Of a DNA stretch of 64,000 nucleotides, positions 21,860-34,335 are shown piece by piece; positions within the stretch are counted from its first letter, which is position 1; each line of letters begins with the position of its first letter. A model generated the notes under the pieces. The model ran no database searches, was not told the origin of the DNA, and saw only the letters and a list, made by a program, of their open reading frames with translations. Origin of the DNA: the human T2T-CHM13v2.0 reference genome, Homo sapiens; the NCBI RefSeq assembly GCF_009914755.1, contig NC_060942.1, one strand, 5' to 3'. Position numbers and translations under genes: made by a program.

Positions 21860-24800
21860 GAGTCCCAGGGGTGGCTGCACTCAGCAGGCACTCGCTAGAT
21901 GTTTGTGGATGATTACATGATTGACACACAGCCAAAGCTGCAGAAATGCAGACCCCAAAACTGCAAATGGCCATGTGTTCATGGTTTCCTCTGAGCACAT
22001 GGGCACTCAGGGACCCTGTGTCCTTCTGTATTCAAGGTGGTTGGTACCTTCTTTCCCAGAGAACCCCCACCTTGCCCAAATTGTCAGGAGAGTTCACTTA
22101 GAGCTGAGGGTCTGTCCCAGGTTCTGAAGCAAAGCAGAGGAGGCTTTCAGGCCCCTGCCCTCCACAAGCCACCTGCAGAGTCCTCCTGCCCTCTGCCCTG
22201 CTGGTACTCCTCAGTCCAGACGCACTCAGCACTGGGCCAGTTCTCAATGATGATGTGGTACCAGGTCCCAGCTCCTCGCATAACCTGTAGGGCACAGTTA
22301 CTGGTCCCTGTTACCAGCTGTTCGTCAAAAAACACCAGCTGGCCCTCCAACAGGGTGGGCCTCAGCTAAAGCTCTGGACCCCAGAGCCCAGGCCCCACTA
22401 CCTGCCTCAAGCTGCTCTTCTGGCTCCTTTGGCTTGGCAAGACTTTGGGGCACACCCCCACCCCATCTCCAGGGTTCTGCGTGCAGCCCTCCCCCACTTA
22501 CTCCAGGCTCTGGGGCACAAGGAGAAGGAAGAGAGAGAGGGAGGGTGGAAGAGAAAAGCTGAAGTGGGATGGGAGGAGATAGAGTTCAGCGCAGAAAGGG
22601 AGTGGGGGAGAGAAAATGGCAGGAAACACAGACAAGAGAATTAGAGGCAAAGAGCTGGGAGAAGAGGGCTGGGGGGAAAGATGGCAGAGACAGAGGAAAG
22701 ACTAGGGAGCCATTATGTTTGACTCCTGGAAGCAGCAACAGCAATTTACTGGAAGTGAAATGGGAGCTTTTCCTTCTTTTGTGGAGTAATTAAAACTCTT
22801 CTTTCCAGGCACAGCCCCCAGTGTTCTCCCTACCTCCCCCTCAACCTTTAGTGCCTTTTAAAGGCTCAATCGAATTGGGTTTCCAGAAAGACTTAGAAAT
22901 GGAACCCCGCCCCTGCTAATCCCTGGCCCTCTTGCTAAAAATTCCACTTCCTCACTTGGACAGAAAAAGGAAAGGAAGGGAACGCACCTCCTCTGCCCAA
23001 GCTTGATTTACATGCGGAGACTGCAGCTCCTCGCCTTCGCCTCTCCTGACGTCTGAATGCATTCCTTTATTATTGCTATGACAGCTTTCTGATTGCATTA
23101 AAATTCATCCACATGTGCCTTTCTATCCAGCCACTTCCTTTTTTGCCGGTTTTGGGTTTTTTTTGTTTTTTCCTAATTCCTCGTTCCCCTCCCCTGAAAT
23201 TTTCCTTTACTGTGCAGTTCTCAGTTAAGCGCCTCCTTCTAGAGGCCTTTCTAAACATATAAGCTGCCAGGCTCCCCCTCTTCCTCCCCATCTGGATTTC
23301 CCCAGGGAAACTATAGCCACCCTTACCTTTCTGGAGGGCTGCAAGATACCAAAGACACCCAGCTTCAGACTCACTTCCTCCAGGTAGTCATGGATTGACC
23401 ACAACCAACTCAAATGTCTGCTTCTAGGATCCTCAAATGTGTTCAGTTTGCACCGTCCTCCAGTTGGGTATTGTGGCTTGTGCGAGTGATTCTAAGGCTT
23501 GTCTCTCAGACCAGGGGCTGGAGGGACTTTGAGTTTGCGAGTGGACTTCCTTGTGGGCCAGGCCCACTGACTCCCCCTCCCGCTCCCCCGCTCCACAACT
23601 GAGTTTTGGGATCTATGAAATGGGTATGATTAGATGCTCTTGTCATGGTGGTGGCTAGGGTCCCAGCGCCTGCCAAGAGGTAATTACCATGGCGATGGCC
23701 CCTACTTGGGTTTCTCCGTGCAGGAGGAAGAGGAAATGCAGTGCTGTTTTCCCTTCATTCGCCCTGCCTTGGTTTGGCCTGGAAGGTCACCCCTGCTGTG
23801 AGAGGGCAGAGGTCAAAGAGGGTGAGAGGAGAAGTCAGAGGAGCCACATCTTATGATGGGGAACACACTTGAAGCAACAGGTTGGACTAGATCCTGAGGC
23901 TGTGGCTGGCCAGCTGAGATGGACAACATCTCCCTGTCTCCCACCCACTCTGCCCACCTCCTTTCTGTCCGCTTTCCTGAGGCACTGTCTCAAGCTGCAT
24001 CACATAACCAACGGTACCATTTGGCTGGTGTCTTGGGTCTGATGCCAATTTCGCAAGAGTCTTGGAGAATGACTCTGTTTCCCCAGCCCGTGCCCACCCT
24101 CCTCCTCCATCCACACAGCCCCTGACTCCTGGTACAGGCAGAGAAGGCCCTGGCCACTGCCCAGCTGCCTAAGCTGGGACCCCTGGTAATGGAGAGGCTC
24201 TGGTGGTCCCCATGTTCTGGTGAGCCCTCAGCCCTGAGCCTGTTGCTTCCCATAGTCGGGGTATTGGGGAGCTGCCCCTCTGAAGACACATTCAGGCAGG
24301 TGCTGCTGGGCTGGGCCAAGGTGTTGAGGCAAGGAGTGGCCTCAGAGTTAGTGAGGGGATGGGCTGAAGAGTGAGTGAGAGGTTGCTGAGACCCCCTGGG
24401 GGCCCAGAGATGTGGTGAGCAACTGGAGGCTGGCATTAGGAGCCCAGAATTCTCTTGACAGAGCCCAGCTCAGGTCAGGGGCTCAGCCCTGGGAGTTGGA
24501 AAGTGAGCACAACAAAATCCGCTGACCTGAGCTGAGGGGACTGAGGCCTCACGGGTTCCTCCTGGTCAAGGGGCAGAGCAAGGGGAGCAAGCATGTTCTA
24601 CAGTCTCTCAACAGCTGTTCACTGAGTACCTTCTCTGTGCCGGACACTGTTCCAAGCATTGCTTCTACAGTGGTAAACAAGAGAGACGAAGCTGCTCGTT
24701 GGAACTGGCATCTGGGTGGAGAGACAGGCCATCCACAATACACAAGTCCCCAAACAAGACAAAGGCCAGCAGGGCTGGCACACTGTGGCCCCAAGAACTG

Positions 24801-27800
24801 CTGTCCCTGCACCTGGAAGAACAAGGCCACAGAGTGGCAGAGCTGGGCAGGACCCCGGATAACACCAAGGGTTTCATGCTTTTCCAGATAAGGAAGCTGG
24901 GGCAGAGAAGGAACCCCAGGATGCACAGGAGGTTGCCCATAGCTGGAGCCTAGACTCAACCCAGCCTCATGGGGTCCCTTGATTTCATGATCACAAAGCC
25001 CTTGCTGCTGCCATCTGCTCTTTTAAATCGTGTCTGTGCCTGCAGGTGTGAGGGAGCATCTGGGGTTCTGTGGAACAGGAGTGTGACTCCCCAGAGGGCT
25101 GGGCAACAGGACGTAGGTGCTCATCCCAGCCCCGCTTGGACCCAGAGAGGGCATCTTGGCTCTTTGTCCCCAGATGTCTAACCACCATAGGGGAGTAGGC
25201 AGAGTCTGTACTCACCACCCCACCTGCGCAGGAGCTGGGGCTGGGGGAAGATGATAAAACTGTGGACAGGAGAAGCTTCCAGTTCTGTGTCAGGTGAAGA
25301 TGCTTACAGCCACCTCAGGAGGGGCTGGACAAAACCCCTGACATACTTTGCATCTCCCCTCTGGCTGCCCCTTCAGCAAACATTGATTGAGCACTCACTG
25401 TGTGCCTGGGAATTGTTAGAACAGAGGATCTGAGATGAGTTTTTGGAGCACTTCTGGGTTTTCTCTTTTAAGGGGTTGGGAAGAAAGAGTTGTGCATGGC
25501 TCTGAGATCCCTGGAGAGTCCAGAGTCTTTGGTCTATGGGCCCAGAGCCTCTTCATTGGAGCCCCTGATGAGAGAACAAAGGCCTGATAGATACATTCAG
25601 TAACTCTGGGATGAAGGCCAGAAGAGGCTAGAAGCGGGAGGAGAAACTAGCTACACCCTGATGGCTTCCAGGAGGAGGTGGGCTGGAGTTATGAAGTGCA
25701 TGGGACATATGCAGGGACAACAGGCCCACACCAGAATTTGAGCAAAGGTGGAGAGGTGGAGGGACGCCTTCGGCTGCCCTTTTCACCTGCTCCAAGTGGT
25801 CCCTGCCTGTGGCAGCTTTGCAAGAAGGGGACGCTGAGGAAGCTTGACTTTGCTTCTTCACCTGCCTCCTGACTGCTTTCCTTTCCACCAACGCATACAT
25901 CACCCATTCCTCTGACTTCAGGACTCTTTTTAATTTTCCTTAAACCCCAGTCTAACTCTGAGCTCTGGTTCACAACCTATAAAAAGCATTGGGTGACACC
26001 CGGGGAAGTGACAGGTGCTAACGGAAAGACAATGGAATCTGGCTGCCAGAACCTCCTGCATCCTCCCATGGGTCCCTCCATGAGGGAGACAAAAACTCCT
26101 GAGCTCACTGTATTCAGGGTATCAGGGAAGGATGGGGCTCGGGCTGAAAGGATTTGTATTTTAAAAGGAAAGCCCAGGGCACCCTCAGTGGAACCTCAGG
26201 ATTAGCACAAACCCCTAACGGGGATGTTTCAGGGCTGTGCCTTCTCTGCTGCCCCACCCTAGCCACGTGGGAAGCATCTTGCTGGCCGGGCAGGGTGAGT
26301 GGGCCTCTGAGTGGTGAGGAGGGAGGTAACAGCACTACCACTTGACTCGCCAAATGCCAGCATCCTGGCACTAATGCTCAAATTCCAGTTTAATTTTCAC
26401 AATTTGATTCACTCATTACCATCAGCATTAAACAATATTTCTTGCTTAAGGATAGACGGTTGCAGGGGCACTGTGGGCGAGTGTTCAGATGGTTAATGCC
26501 TTTTATTACCGCAGTAGATTTTTACTATTCTCTTCCCTCCAGCTGCTGAAGGAAGGTTGGGGGCTACTGAGCTGGGGAGAATGCTGGGGTCAGGGACCAG
26601 GGTGGGGAGTACATGGCTTTGAGGTCTAGTGGCTGGTGGGGTGGGCAGAGAGGCTGCTAGGAGACCTGGAGGCTCAAAGGCAGCAGTTTGGGGGTGCAGA
26701 GAAAATGCCAGATATTCATGATGACAGAGCTGGAGGCCTCTTTCCTGCTTTGGAGTCTTTGGTCTTGGGGAGTGACAGGGACTGGGCAAGAGCCCAGAGA
26801 CCAGAGCACCCCATGAATCTGCTCCTCAGCTGCCAGGCAGAGGCTGGAGCCCAGGGTCATCCCATGCAGTGGCCCCCCAAGGTTGCCTCCTGGATCCCAG
26901 GGTCTTCTACTCTCTCTGGGCCCGCAGGCAGTGACTCTGAGGGTGAAGGACATGCCCCCCTCTCTAACTTTACCTGTGGATCAGGGAGGACCTTCAGTAG
27001 CAAGGGACAGGGAGACACACCTGACTCAACAGGAGGGCCAGGCCAATGGTGTCCTCCAGATACTAACTGAGGCTGTTTGTCAAATCCTAGTTCCACCACA
27101 TTTTGGCTGTGCAGGCTCAGGCAAGGCATATAACTCCCCAGGCAGGTCTGGAATTAAATGAGGTTTTTAGCACGTGCGTGGCACAGAGAAAAGGCTCAAT
27201 AAGTGCCAGTTATTGTGAATGTTGTAACCATTACTACTGCTCACCCATGGGAACCCCAGCTGGCAGGAGGGTGATGCCCACTCCCACCCCTGGGAGTGTA
27301 GAGAGGACCACCAGGGACATCAAACTGAGCAAAGTTGTGCCAGCCCAGGTCAGTCAGAGAAGCCAACAGCATTTTGAGAACCACTGAGATGCTCTCCAGC
27401 CTCCACCAGGAGGTCTACATGGGTTGTGCAAAAGCAGACATTTCCCCTAAAGGTACTGAGCATCCCTACATGGCATTTCCATGAATTCTCCCAATCCAGA
27501 TCTGTCAAGCACCCATGGTTCCTAAGGGACAAGCAACTCATCTGAATCTACATCTGTGCAGTTTTCAAGGTTGCCTGACCACTCCACCCCAAAACCCAGA
27601 GGCTTCCTTTTCTTCCCCTTTGCCAGCCCTTGTAGAGCCACCTCACTGCCCCAGGGGGCAGCATACAGCAGCAGAACTGCCTTCTAAGTAGGGATGCAGT
27701 GGATAGGGACAGGGGTCTGCACTCCCATCCTTGGAGGCTGAGAACCCAGCAATTACCCCTGATCAGGTCGGCGCAGACAGTTTCCAGCACCACTGTCCAC

Positions 27801-28980
27801 ACTGGAGTCAAGAACCTGCAGCTATGTGACCAGGCTGGCCATCCTCCCGAGAGCCAGTTCCTTCACCTGAGACACAGGGTCACCACGGGCCAGGTCTCAG
27901 GATGGCTCTGAGCCTGAGCCAGTGGAGAGCTACACACTCCCCTTCCCTCCACTGCACTGTGCTAGAGCCAGCTGGGCTGGGAGCCGCCTCTGAGGATAAA
28001 AGCCTTCCTGCTTGGGAAGAAGGCTGGAGGAGACATCAAACCAGATCAAAGGCTGCTGGGATCAGGACGTGTTTGGGGGCCTGCAATGGGATGCAAATGA
28101 AGACCCTCACCTGCTCTTCCCCGCCCCCAAGGAGGCAGTGCTGGCCTTGATCTGCTTGGCTTCCTCCGGTCCTGGTGCTGTTTGATGTTGGGGTGGAAGA
28201 GGCAGGAGACTGGAGTCCCCGTCACTTGCACTCCTTCGCCAGCGCTGCCTTCCAGATACTTCAGGGTCTGCCATCCCTCCTCCTTCTACCCTGAGGTTGG
28301 AGCCACCCAGGCATGACGGTCACCTTCTCGGTGCTGACACCCACCAAGCCCCTGCTGTCTGCTCTCCACAAAACAGCAGAGGGGGGCATTAAAATCCAGG
28401 GCAGACCCTGTCTCTCCCCTGCTGAAACCCTGTGGTGGCTCCCCCTCACTCTGAGAACAAGCCAAGTCTGGTAATATCATGTAAGGGGCTACACAGGCAC
28501 ACACACTCCATGCCCTCTGACCTCTCTCCTCCATGAATGAGATGTCCATGTTCATTCATTCATGCAGCAAGGTCCAATTCCTAAATCGCCGGGCATGTAG
28601 TAGATGCTCAATAAATACATGTTGCCATGAATAAATGAATCCATTTGCTCAATGAGCATTGGGGGTGGGGCTGCTATAAAACTGGCATGGTGATGGGTGC
28701 AAGGGACAAGGAGCTGACCTTCAGGAATCCTCAGAAGGTAGGAAATGAGTGTTCCCTGGAGATGAGTAGGCACTGGACATACTGCGGGAACAGAGCATGG
28801 AGTGATGAGCCCTGTAGGTATGAGGGGCTGAGAAAGACCTAAAAGGCCTGCGCTGGACCCTGAATGATCCATGGGCAGGGTTTGCATTGTGGGAGAGGCA
28901 AGGGGTGGGCACTGCGGGCCAGGGAACAGCACGTGCAAAAGCAGGGAGTGTGAAAGGGTGTGTGGTAGGAGGAAGTGGCA

Positions 28981-30060
28981 ACATACACACACACACACAC
29001 CAATACATGCACCACGCATATAGCCCAACACACACATACGCATACACACACCAATACATGCACCATGCATATACCCCAACATACACACACACACACACAC
29101 ACTGCAATACACACACCACACATACACCCCAACACACACACACACACATACAGACACCAATACATACACCATGCATATACCCCAACACACACACACCCCC
29201 AATACACTCACAACACATACACCCCAACACACACACACCCCCAATACACACACCACACATATACCCCAACACACACACACACACACCCAATACACACACC
29301 ACACATATACCCCAACACACACACACCAATACATGCACCAACACATATACCCCAACATACACACACACCCCCAACACACACCAAAGCATATACGCCAACA
29401 CACACACACATACACAGCAATGCATTACCCCAACATACACACACAGACACACACACAATACACACACCAATACACACCAATGCATATACCCCAACATACA
29501 CACATATAGCAACATACACCCTAACACACATACATACACATACACACACCAAATAGACACACACCCCAACACACACAACCAACACCCCCACACACCCAAC
29601 ACACACACATACACGTACACACACATCAACACATAACTATGCACCCCAACACACACACACACACAACATACACACATATACACATACATACCCCAACATA
29701 CATAGACACACACCCAACTCACATCCCAACACACAAACCCAACCACCCAACATGCACACACACCCAACACACACACACCAACACACAAAGACACATACCC
29801 CAACACATACATAGACATACACACTAACATACACACACCAATATGCACACCAGCACCCACCCCTCAACACAGATACACATACACACACAGATACACACAC
29901 CCATACACTCCAACACATACACAAATACATATGTGCAGATACACACCAACATACACACACAGATGCACATACACATACACACAGATACACCAACACACAC
30001 CTCAACATACAGACATAACACACACAGACACACACCCCAATGCACATACACACACACACA
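28981..30060. repeat. 1.1-kb (CA)-rich degenerate minisatellite (UG-rich in pre-mRNA)
   Basis: Recurrent roughly 40-bp units of the type CCCCAACACACACACACCAATACACACACCACACATATA. Confidence 0.95.
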
Positions 30061-30509
30061 CCCCTTCCTCCTCTCCCACCCACCCTGATCTAAGCACCTC
30101 CCCAAGGCAAAAGGCCTGGCCCCTCTCCTCTGACCTCTGGGAGCCTGGCCTGGGCCTCCAACCCTGGGCCCATTCTTCTCGCCTGCGCCTGGCCTCACAG
30201 TGCACCATGCCCTCCCTTGGCTCCCTCTGGTTCCTCATCCACGGCACCCATGGCTGCTCCTGTGGCCCAACACAACGTCACCCAGGCCCTACATGACAAG
30301 AGCCTGAAGGACCCAACTCCCACATCACAGAACCCCTGCCGCCCCAGCCAGCACTGCTCAGCCCAGTCAACGCCACCTCCCTCCCCCGAGCTTGAGATGC
30401 CCTGCCCATGGCTGCGGCTCTGACTCAGTCCTCCAGGTGGTGGTTGTAAGATCAACAAGAAGAATCACAATGGTTCTCATTTCGCCCCCAGTTACTATGA
30501 TCCAGACAC

Positions 30510-30660
30510 TGAGAGCAGCACTTTACAGGTATGGCAGGTATTTGATTATTTCCACTGTTCAGATGAAGAAACTGAGGCACAGAGAAGTTAAATATCTTTC
30601 CCAAGAAATCACACCCAGTCACTGGTGAAGGCAGGACTCAGCCCCAGGTGGTCTGGACCG
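30510..30660 (-). mobile_element. MIR
   Basis: cagatgaagaaactgaggcacagagaagttaa. Confidence 0.75.
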
Positions 30661-33494
30661 AGCTGAGCTTTGAGGGTCTTCCTTTTCCCCCCAGGCAGAG
30701 GAGGGTACCGCCTGGAGTTCTCACTCCCTCTCTTCCCTCTCCACCCCTCCATCTCTGCACAGACCACTGGCAAAATGCCCAATAACCACATTGCTTTTTG
30801 AGAGCTAGGGCTTTGGTTGAGAGCCCCAAGGGGTGAGTGGGTGGGGCACCCATAGCCTGCTGCTAGCTGCAAGGGAGTGGGCTCATGGGATTCCCATTGC
30901 CTGGGGTCCCAGTTAGGCCTCACAGTCCCTCCCCAGTCCTGCCCATCCCTCTGATCACAGCCTGCCTGTCTTGAAGTCTCCTAGGTGCTCGAGGAGGTAA
31001 AGTTTTTCCTTTTGAGTCCTCTGGCCTTCCCCTCCCTTGAATGTGGGCTGAAAATGTCCTCTCTCGTCGTCACGCAGGAAGTCTGCCCTGCTGGCAGAAT
31101 CTCCTCTAACTGCACTACCCCCTCCATGCCTGAAGCCCGTCCTTGGCCCCTGGGGCCTGTTCTGGGCAGAGGTGTGGCACCTGAGAAAGGGGTTTGTAGG
31201 GGTGCCTTTGAGGGGCTTGCAGTATGTTTGCAGAACCAGAGCCAGAACTTGGGTCTGTTCATTCCACCCTCTGGGGGGCCAGGAATGGCTCCTTCACTCT
31301 CATCTCTTGCGCTCTGAGAGGAGATGAGCTGGCCTAGGGACCCTGAATCAGGAGAAGCTGAGCCTTGGGATTCAGTACAGGTGAGGGGTCTGGGGACTGT
31401 CCCCACCTGCCCCCTTGCTGCCTCCCTCTCTGGCCTTCGGACCCTTGCCCTGTGAGTTTGAGTCAGGCCTTTCTGCAGGAGCCTGGGACACCACAGTGGC
31501 TCTATGTAGAAGTCACCTTTTGCTGGGGTGGTGGCGCGCAGCCATCTCTCCAGGTAACTGATTATACATTTGATCTGCTACATTATCCTTACCAGGCGCA
31601 CGGCACACGATAGACGGCCCTGGAGTTCTGTGGGGACTTTTCGCAGCCGAACTCTGTTGTCTAATGGGGTTTCCGCTGGCGTCTGGCACACTCTCCTGCA
31701 TTTCACCCATCGCAGGATAATTTATAACATAATGGGGCTTTTTTTTCCTTTACATCATGCGGGAGCATAAATTATGGCCAGTTTGTCCTCGGCTTTCAAG
31801 GAGACAGACAAAGCAGGGCTATTCCAGCATGGGCGGGGGGAGGTTTCTGCAGGGGAGGAGGAGGACAGGGTGGTCTACAGGGCAGGAGGGGCAAGAAGAG
31901 GAGAGACCAAGGAATGGTGTTAAAAGCTTCTCATTGACAGGGCAAAGAATCTACTCCAGGTGGCCACAAATGCTAGGGAAGAAATAAAAGACTCACTTAG
32001 AGCTGTTTGTCTCTATTAACCATGGAGCGGGGGCTCGTTAGCTGGGCGCAGAGCTGCACAGTGATAAGGCTGTGTGTGGGGCAGTGGTCGCTGCCTGCAG
32101 ACCACCTGGCCACAGACTTTCCAACATTAGCCACAGGCTGACCCTTATGGGGCCTCAAATCCTCCCAGCTGTGACCCAAATTTCCACAGTCGCACAGAGA
32201 GGGTGAGTGGGCATGGGCCTCCTCGGTGCCTCCCGCCATCGCCAGAGACACAGTGAAAAACTCAGTGCTGGGGGCGGCCGTGCAAACCCCCTGCCCCTCT
32301 GACCCACAGCCCGTTTTTAATATTGACAGTGGGGCTTGGCTTTCTGTGGATGAACAGCAATAGAGAAGCTGCCTACCAGCCCACTGGCCATCTTCCCGGG
32401 GAGGTGCAAGGCCTCAGCATCCTCCTTACTTGTCTAACCCGGGAGGAGTCACACTGGAATGAAGAGAGACTGATCTGGCGGCTGCAGCCACCACGCCCAT
32501 TCCCCACACCTGAACACTGTGCCGAGAACCTCTAGCGACCCTGGGTTGGGAGTGGGTCTTCAGAGGCCACCTGGCCCAGCCTCCTCCATTACCACCCAGT
32601 TGCAGGAATGATGCTTCCTGATCACCTGCAGAAGGCCTGCTGGCCTCCCCGCGAGACCCAGGAGGGAGCCCAGAAGAACGTTGTCTTATGTGCCTCCAGA
32701 GCCCAAGTCCTGCCCTGTAGCACCAGCGGCTGCCCCTGCGCCCTCAGGACAGCCCTTCAGGGATGAACAACAGGTGTCTTAGATCTCATGGGACAGAGGT
32801 CCTTAGCCCTGGCTGCCATGGAAATCACCTGGAGGCTTCGACAAGCCAGGTGACTTGGGCTGGCCCCCGAGATACGGATTTGAGGGATTGGTTGGGAGCC
32901 CAGATGTCAGTATTTCTGGTTTTGGTTATTTAAAGCTTCTCAGGTGATACCAACATGCAGCCAGGGCAGGGAAGGGATGCGATGGGATTGGTCTTCTCCA
33001 GGCTGCTCGTCTCTCCTCAGGCACTGCGTCCCTGGCCCTCCATCTGCCTGCTGGGATAGAGCCCTTCAGACTGCAAAATTCTGGGCCCTGTTGGTGCAGG
33101 GATGGCAGCACCCACCTTCTATGCCCTGACACATGCCTGAGCCTGGCCATCCTTCCCATTGCTCAGGAGTCACCCTGTAAAGCTGTTGAACTAATTTCGG
33201 GAGGCGGGGTGAGGGGACTTCTCTAGGTCAGCACGCGGCTTAGCCCCTGAGGGCTTTGCAAGCCCCCTCTTCTTCCTCCTCTCTCTTCCCCTGTGCCCCT
33301 TCCCCCTCCATCCACCAGCCAGCCCTGCTCTGAGTGGGGAATCCCAGGCCCCTGTTTCTCAGGCCTCTGGGTTCCTTTCTATTCCACTTTGTTCCAGCCA
33401 CCATGGCCCTCCTGGATTCCCTGCTGCCCACACCAAGGAACTCAGAGGGCCCATGCTTAAGTACACGGTGTATTAACTCATGACTGATAATGGA

Positions 33495-33670
33495 CTGCAG
33501 ATAGACATAGAGATGGATGGATGGTAGACATGATTAATAGATGCTAGATATCCAGATTAAATGTTAGATGATAGATAGATACACAGATGAAAGAAAAATG
33601 ATTGCAGAAAGCAGATAGTTTTATGATGGATGACACATAAATAGCAATAGGTAAATGTGGATGGATGGGT
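33495..33670. repeat. Degenerate GATA/GATG low-complexity repeat
   Basis: Runs of atag/atgg/gata. Confidence 0.6.
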
Positions 33671-34189
33671 GGCCAGGATGCTTCTGAGGACTTCAGGTAA
33701 TGAGGTCTAAATGCAAAGGTCAGAAAATCAGTCACAACCACCCACACCTGCTGGGGTGCTGACTCTCAAAATAACAAGGAATGCTCTTCTGTTCAAGACC
33801 TATCTTGAACCAGCTTCTCTTTCAACACAGGTCCCTGCATCTCTACATTTGCCAATGGGTTTGCAGTTAACATAGGTTTCAATAGGGCTGGTTTACTGTG
33901 GACACCTGAAGATTCTCTTTGACGTTTTCCTGAACCTACTGGCAGGCTGAAATGACCTCTCAAGCCTCCACTGCACCTAATGAGGTCCTCCCTTCCTGCG
34001 TGGAGGGATGTCTCCCTTATAGGTGCCTGCTCCTAAGGGAGCACTGCTCCTAAGCCCTGTGGTGAGACGGCAGGTGTTGGCCCACATGGTTTATGCAGAG
34101 CTCCATGCATTCATTCTCTTGGTCAAAGACCATGCCCTCAGAGAGGATGATGGCAGCACACACCATGGGCCAAGCACAGCTCAGACCAC

Positions 34190-34335
34190 TTTAACCTTAT
34201 GAAGTGGGCACCACTGTTCCCCATTCTACAGATGAGGAAACGAAGGCACAGAAAGGCTTGGCAACCAACTTGCTGGGGATCCCCAAGCTAATTCACAGCA
34301 GAGCCAGACTTTGAACCAGGTGGCCCAGCTCTCCA
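34190..34335 (-). mobile_element. MIR
   Basis: cccattctacagatgaggaaacgaaggcacaga...tttgaaccagg. Confidence 0.7.

Noticed and set aside
26965-26995. Possible recursive splice site ccacag|gtaaag
   Set aside because: Short, interrupted pyrimidine tract; not distinguishable from background.
27783-27798. CAGCACC-a-CTGTCC, RE1 half-sites in convergent orientation
   Set aside because: Non-canonical geometry; plausible by chance.
28552-30198. Long ORFs (up to 379 aa) rich in Cys/Val or His/Thr
   Set aside because: Translations of the CA/TG minisatellite, which is naturally stop-poor.
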